Assembly (NCBI RefSeq): GCF_021028975.2
Contig: NC_059438.1
Span: 24,986,001 to 25,050,000 of the forward strand
Reading direction: 5' to 3'
Length of the DNA stretch: 64,000 nt
Origin: Sphaerodactylus townsendi
Lineage: Eukaryota
Shown: positions 63,490 to 64,000 of the stretch, one piece after another
How positions within the stretch are numbered: the stretch's first letter is position 1
How the letters are laid out: every line of letters starts with the position of its first letter
Translations under genes and position numbers: made by a program
The notes under the pieces: generated by a model
Told to the model about the DNA's origin: nothing
Databases searched by the model: none
The model's input: only the letters and a program-made list of their open reading frames with translations

Positions 63490-64000
63490 CCCCCTCCCCC
63501 TTATAACAATAATACTAAATGAAAAGAAAAACACACACACACACACATATATATGGTGACTTCCAGCTACTTCACTAAGGATCCAAGCTTAAATCTAACT
63601 TGGTGCTTGTAATTAATATCTACGTTTTTTCACTTTCAGTCCTTCTTATAAAGTTGTCTTAATCCAATACACTGTTTTCATTTAAGTCTCGACTCCTGCT
63701 GTTGTTTCTCTGTATATGTTTTCAATAAGTGGTCTGGTAAAGGATTTCCAGTCTTTCAGGAAATTGTCCGTATTCTTGTCTCTTATAACTGCCGCCAGCC
63801 TGGCCGTCTCTGCACGCCCTGGGACTCTCAAGATCCGGCCTGGTTTTGTTGGAATGTTGTTGCCCCTCCATTTGTATGCGTATAAACTCCTTGCTGCAGT
63901 TGTTAAATACGTAAGAAGTGTTTTATATAGATCAGGAATACCCTCCCCATTCAACCCCAACAGAAACGCCTCAGGGACTTTTTTTCCAATTGTTATTTTC
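63490..64000 (-). mobile_element. L1/Tx1-clade LINE ORF2 C-terminus and 3'UTR
   Basis: PEAFL-LG...LLTYLTTAARSLYAYKW...AETARLAAVIRDK...FLKDWK, typical of the squamate L1 ORF2 end. Confidence 0.7.

Overview
Vertebrate genomic DNA from a squamate reptile, most likely a gecko, judged from Squam3-like SINEs with (CTT)n tails, a 5S-headed SINE and Penelope, Dong/R4, CR1, L2 and hAT repeats. It is a gene-dense segment orthologous to human 16q24, with eight spliced genes: CTU2(-, 3' end outside the window), RNF166(+), SNAI3(+), CHMP1A(-), SPATA33(+), CDK10(+), SPATA2L(-) and the last exon of VPS9D1(-). Exons were traced by hand from GT-AG boundaries and phase continuity; most ORF-track entries are spurious. 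The strongest non-genic signal is a family of short Penelope-derived elements carrying a minimal hammerhead ribozyme motif (CTGAAGA...GAAAC-GTC). Two are TSD-bounded fold-back insertions with a hammerhead on each strand: one in the probable SNAI3 3'UTR, and one perfect 188-bp palindrome beside the 20-nt CHMP1A exon 2. Other signals: stacked Dong/R4 3' ends in a (TAA)n tract with a covarying 3' pseudoknot, a duplicated extended CTCF site upstream of SNAI3, a SNAI3-CHMP1A adjacency implying an inversion relative to human, a solo LTR beside the CDK10 promoter, and hAT MITEs carrying ACTACAnnTCCCA motifs. Family names come from recalled sequence knowledge, not database searches.
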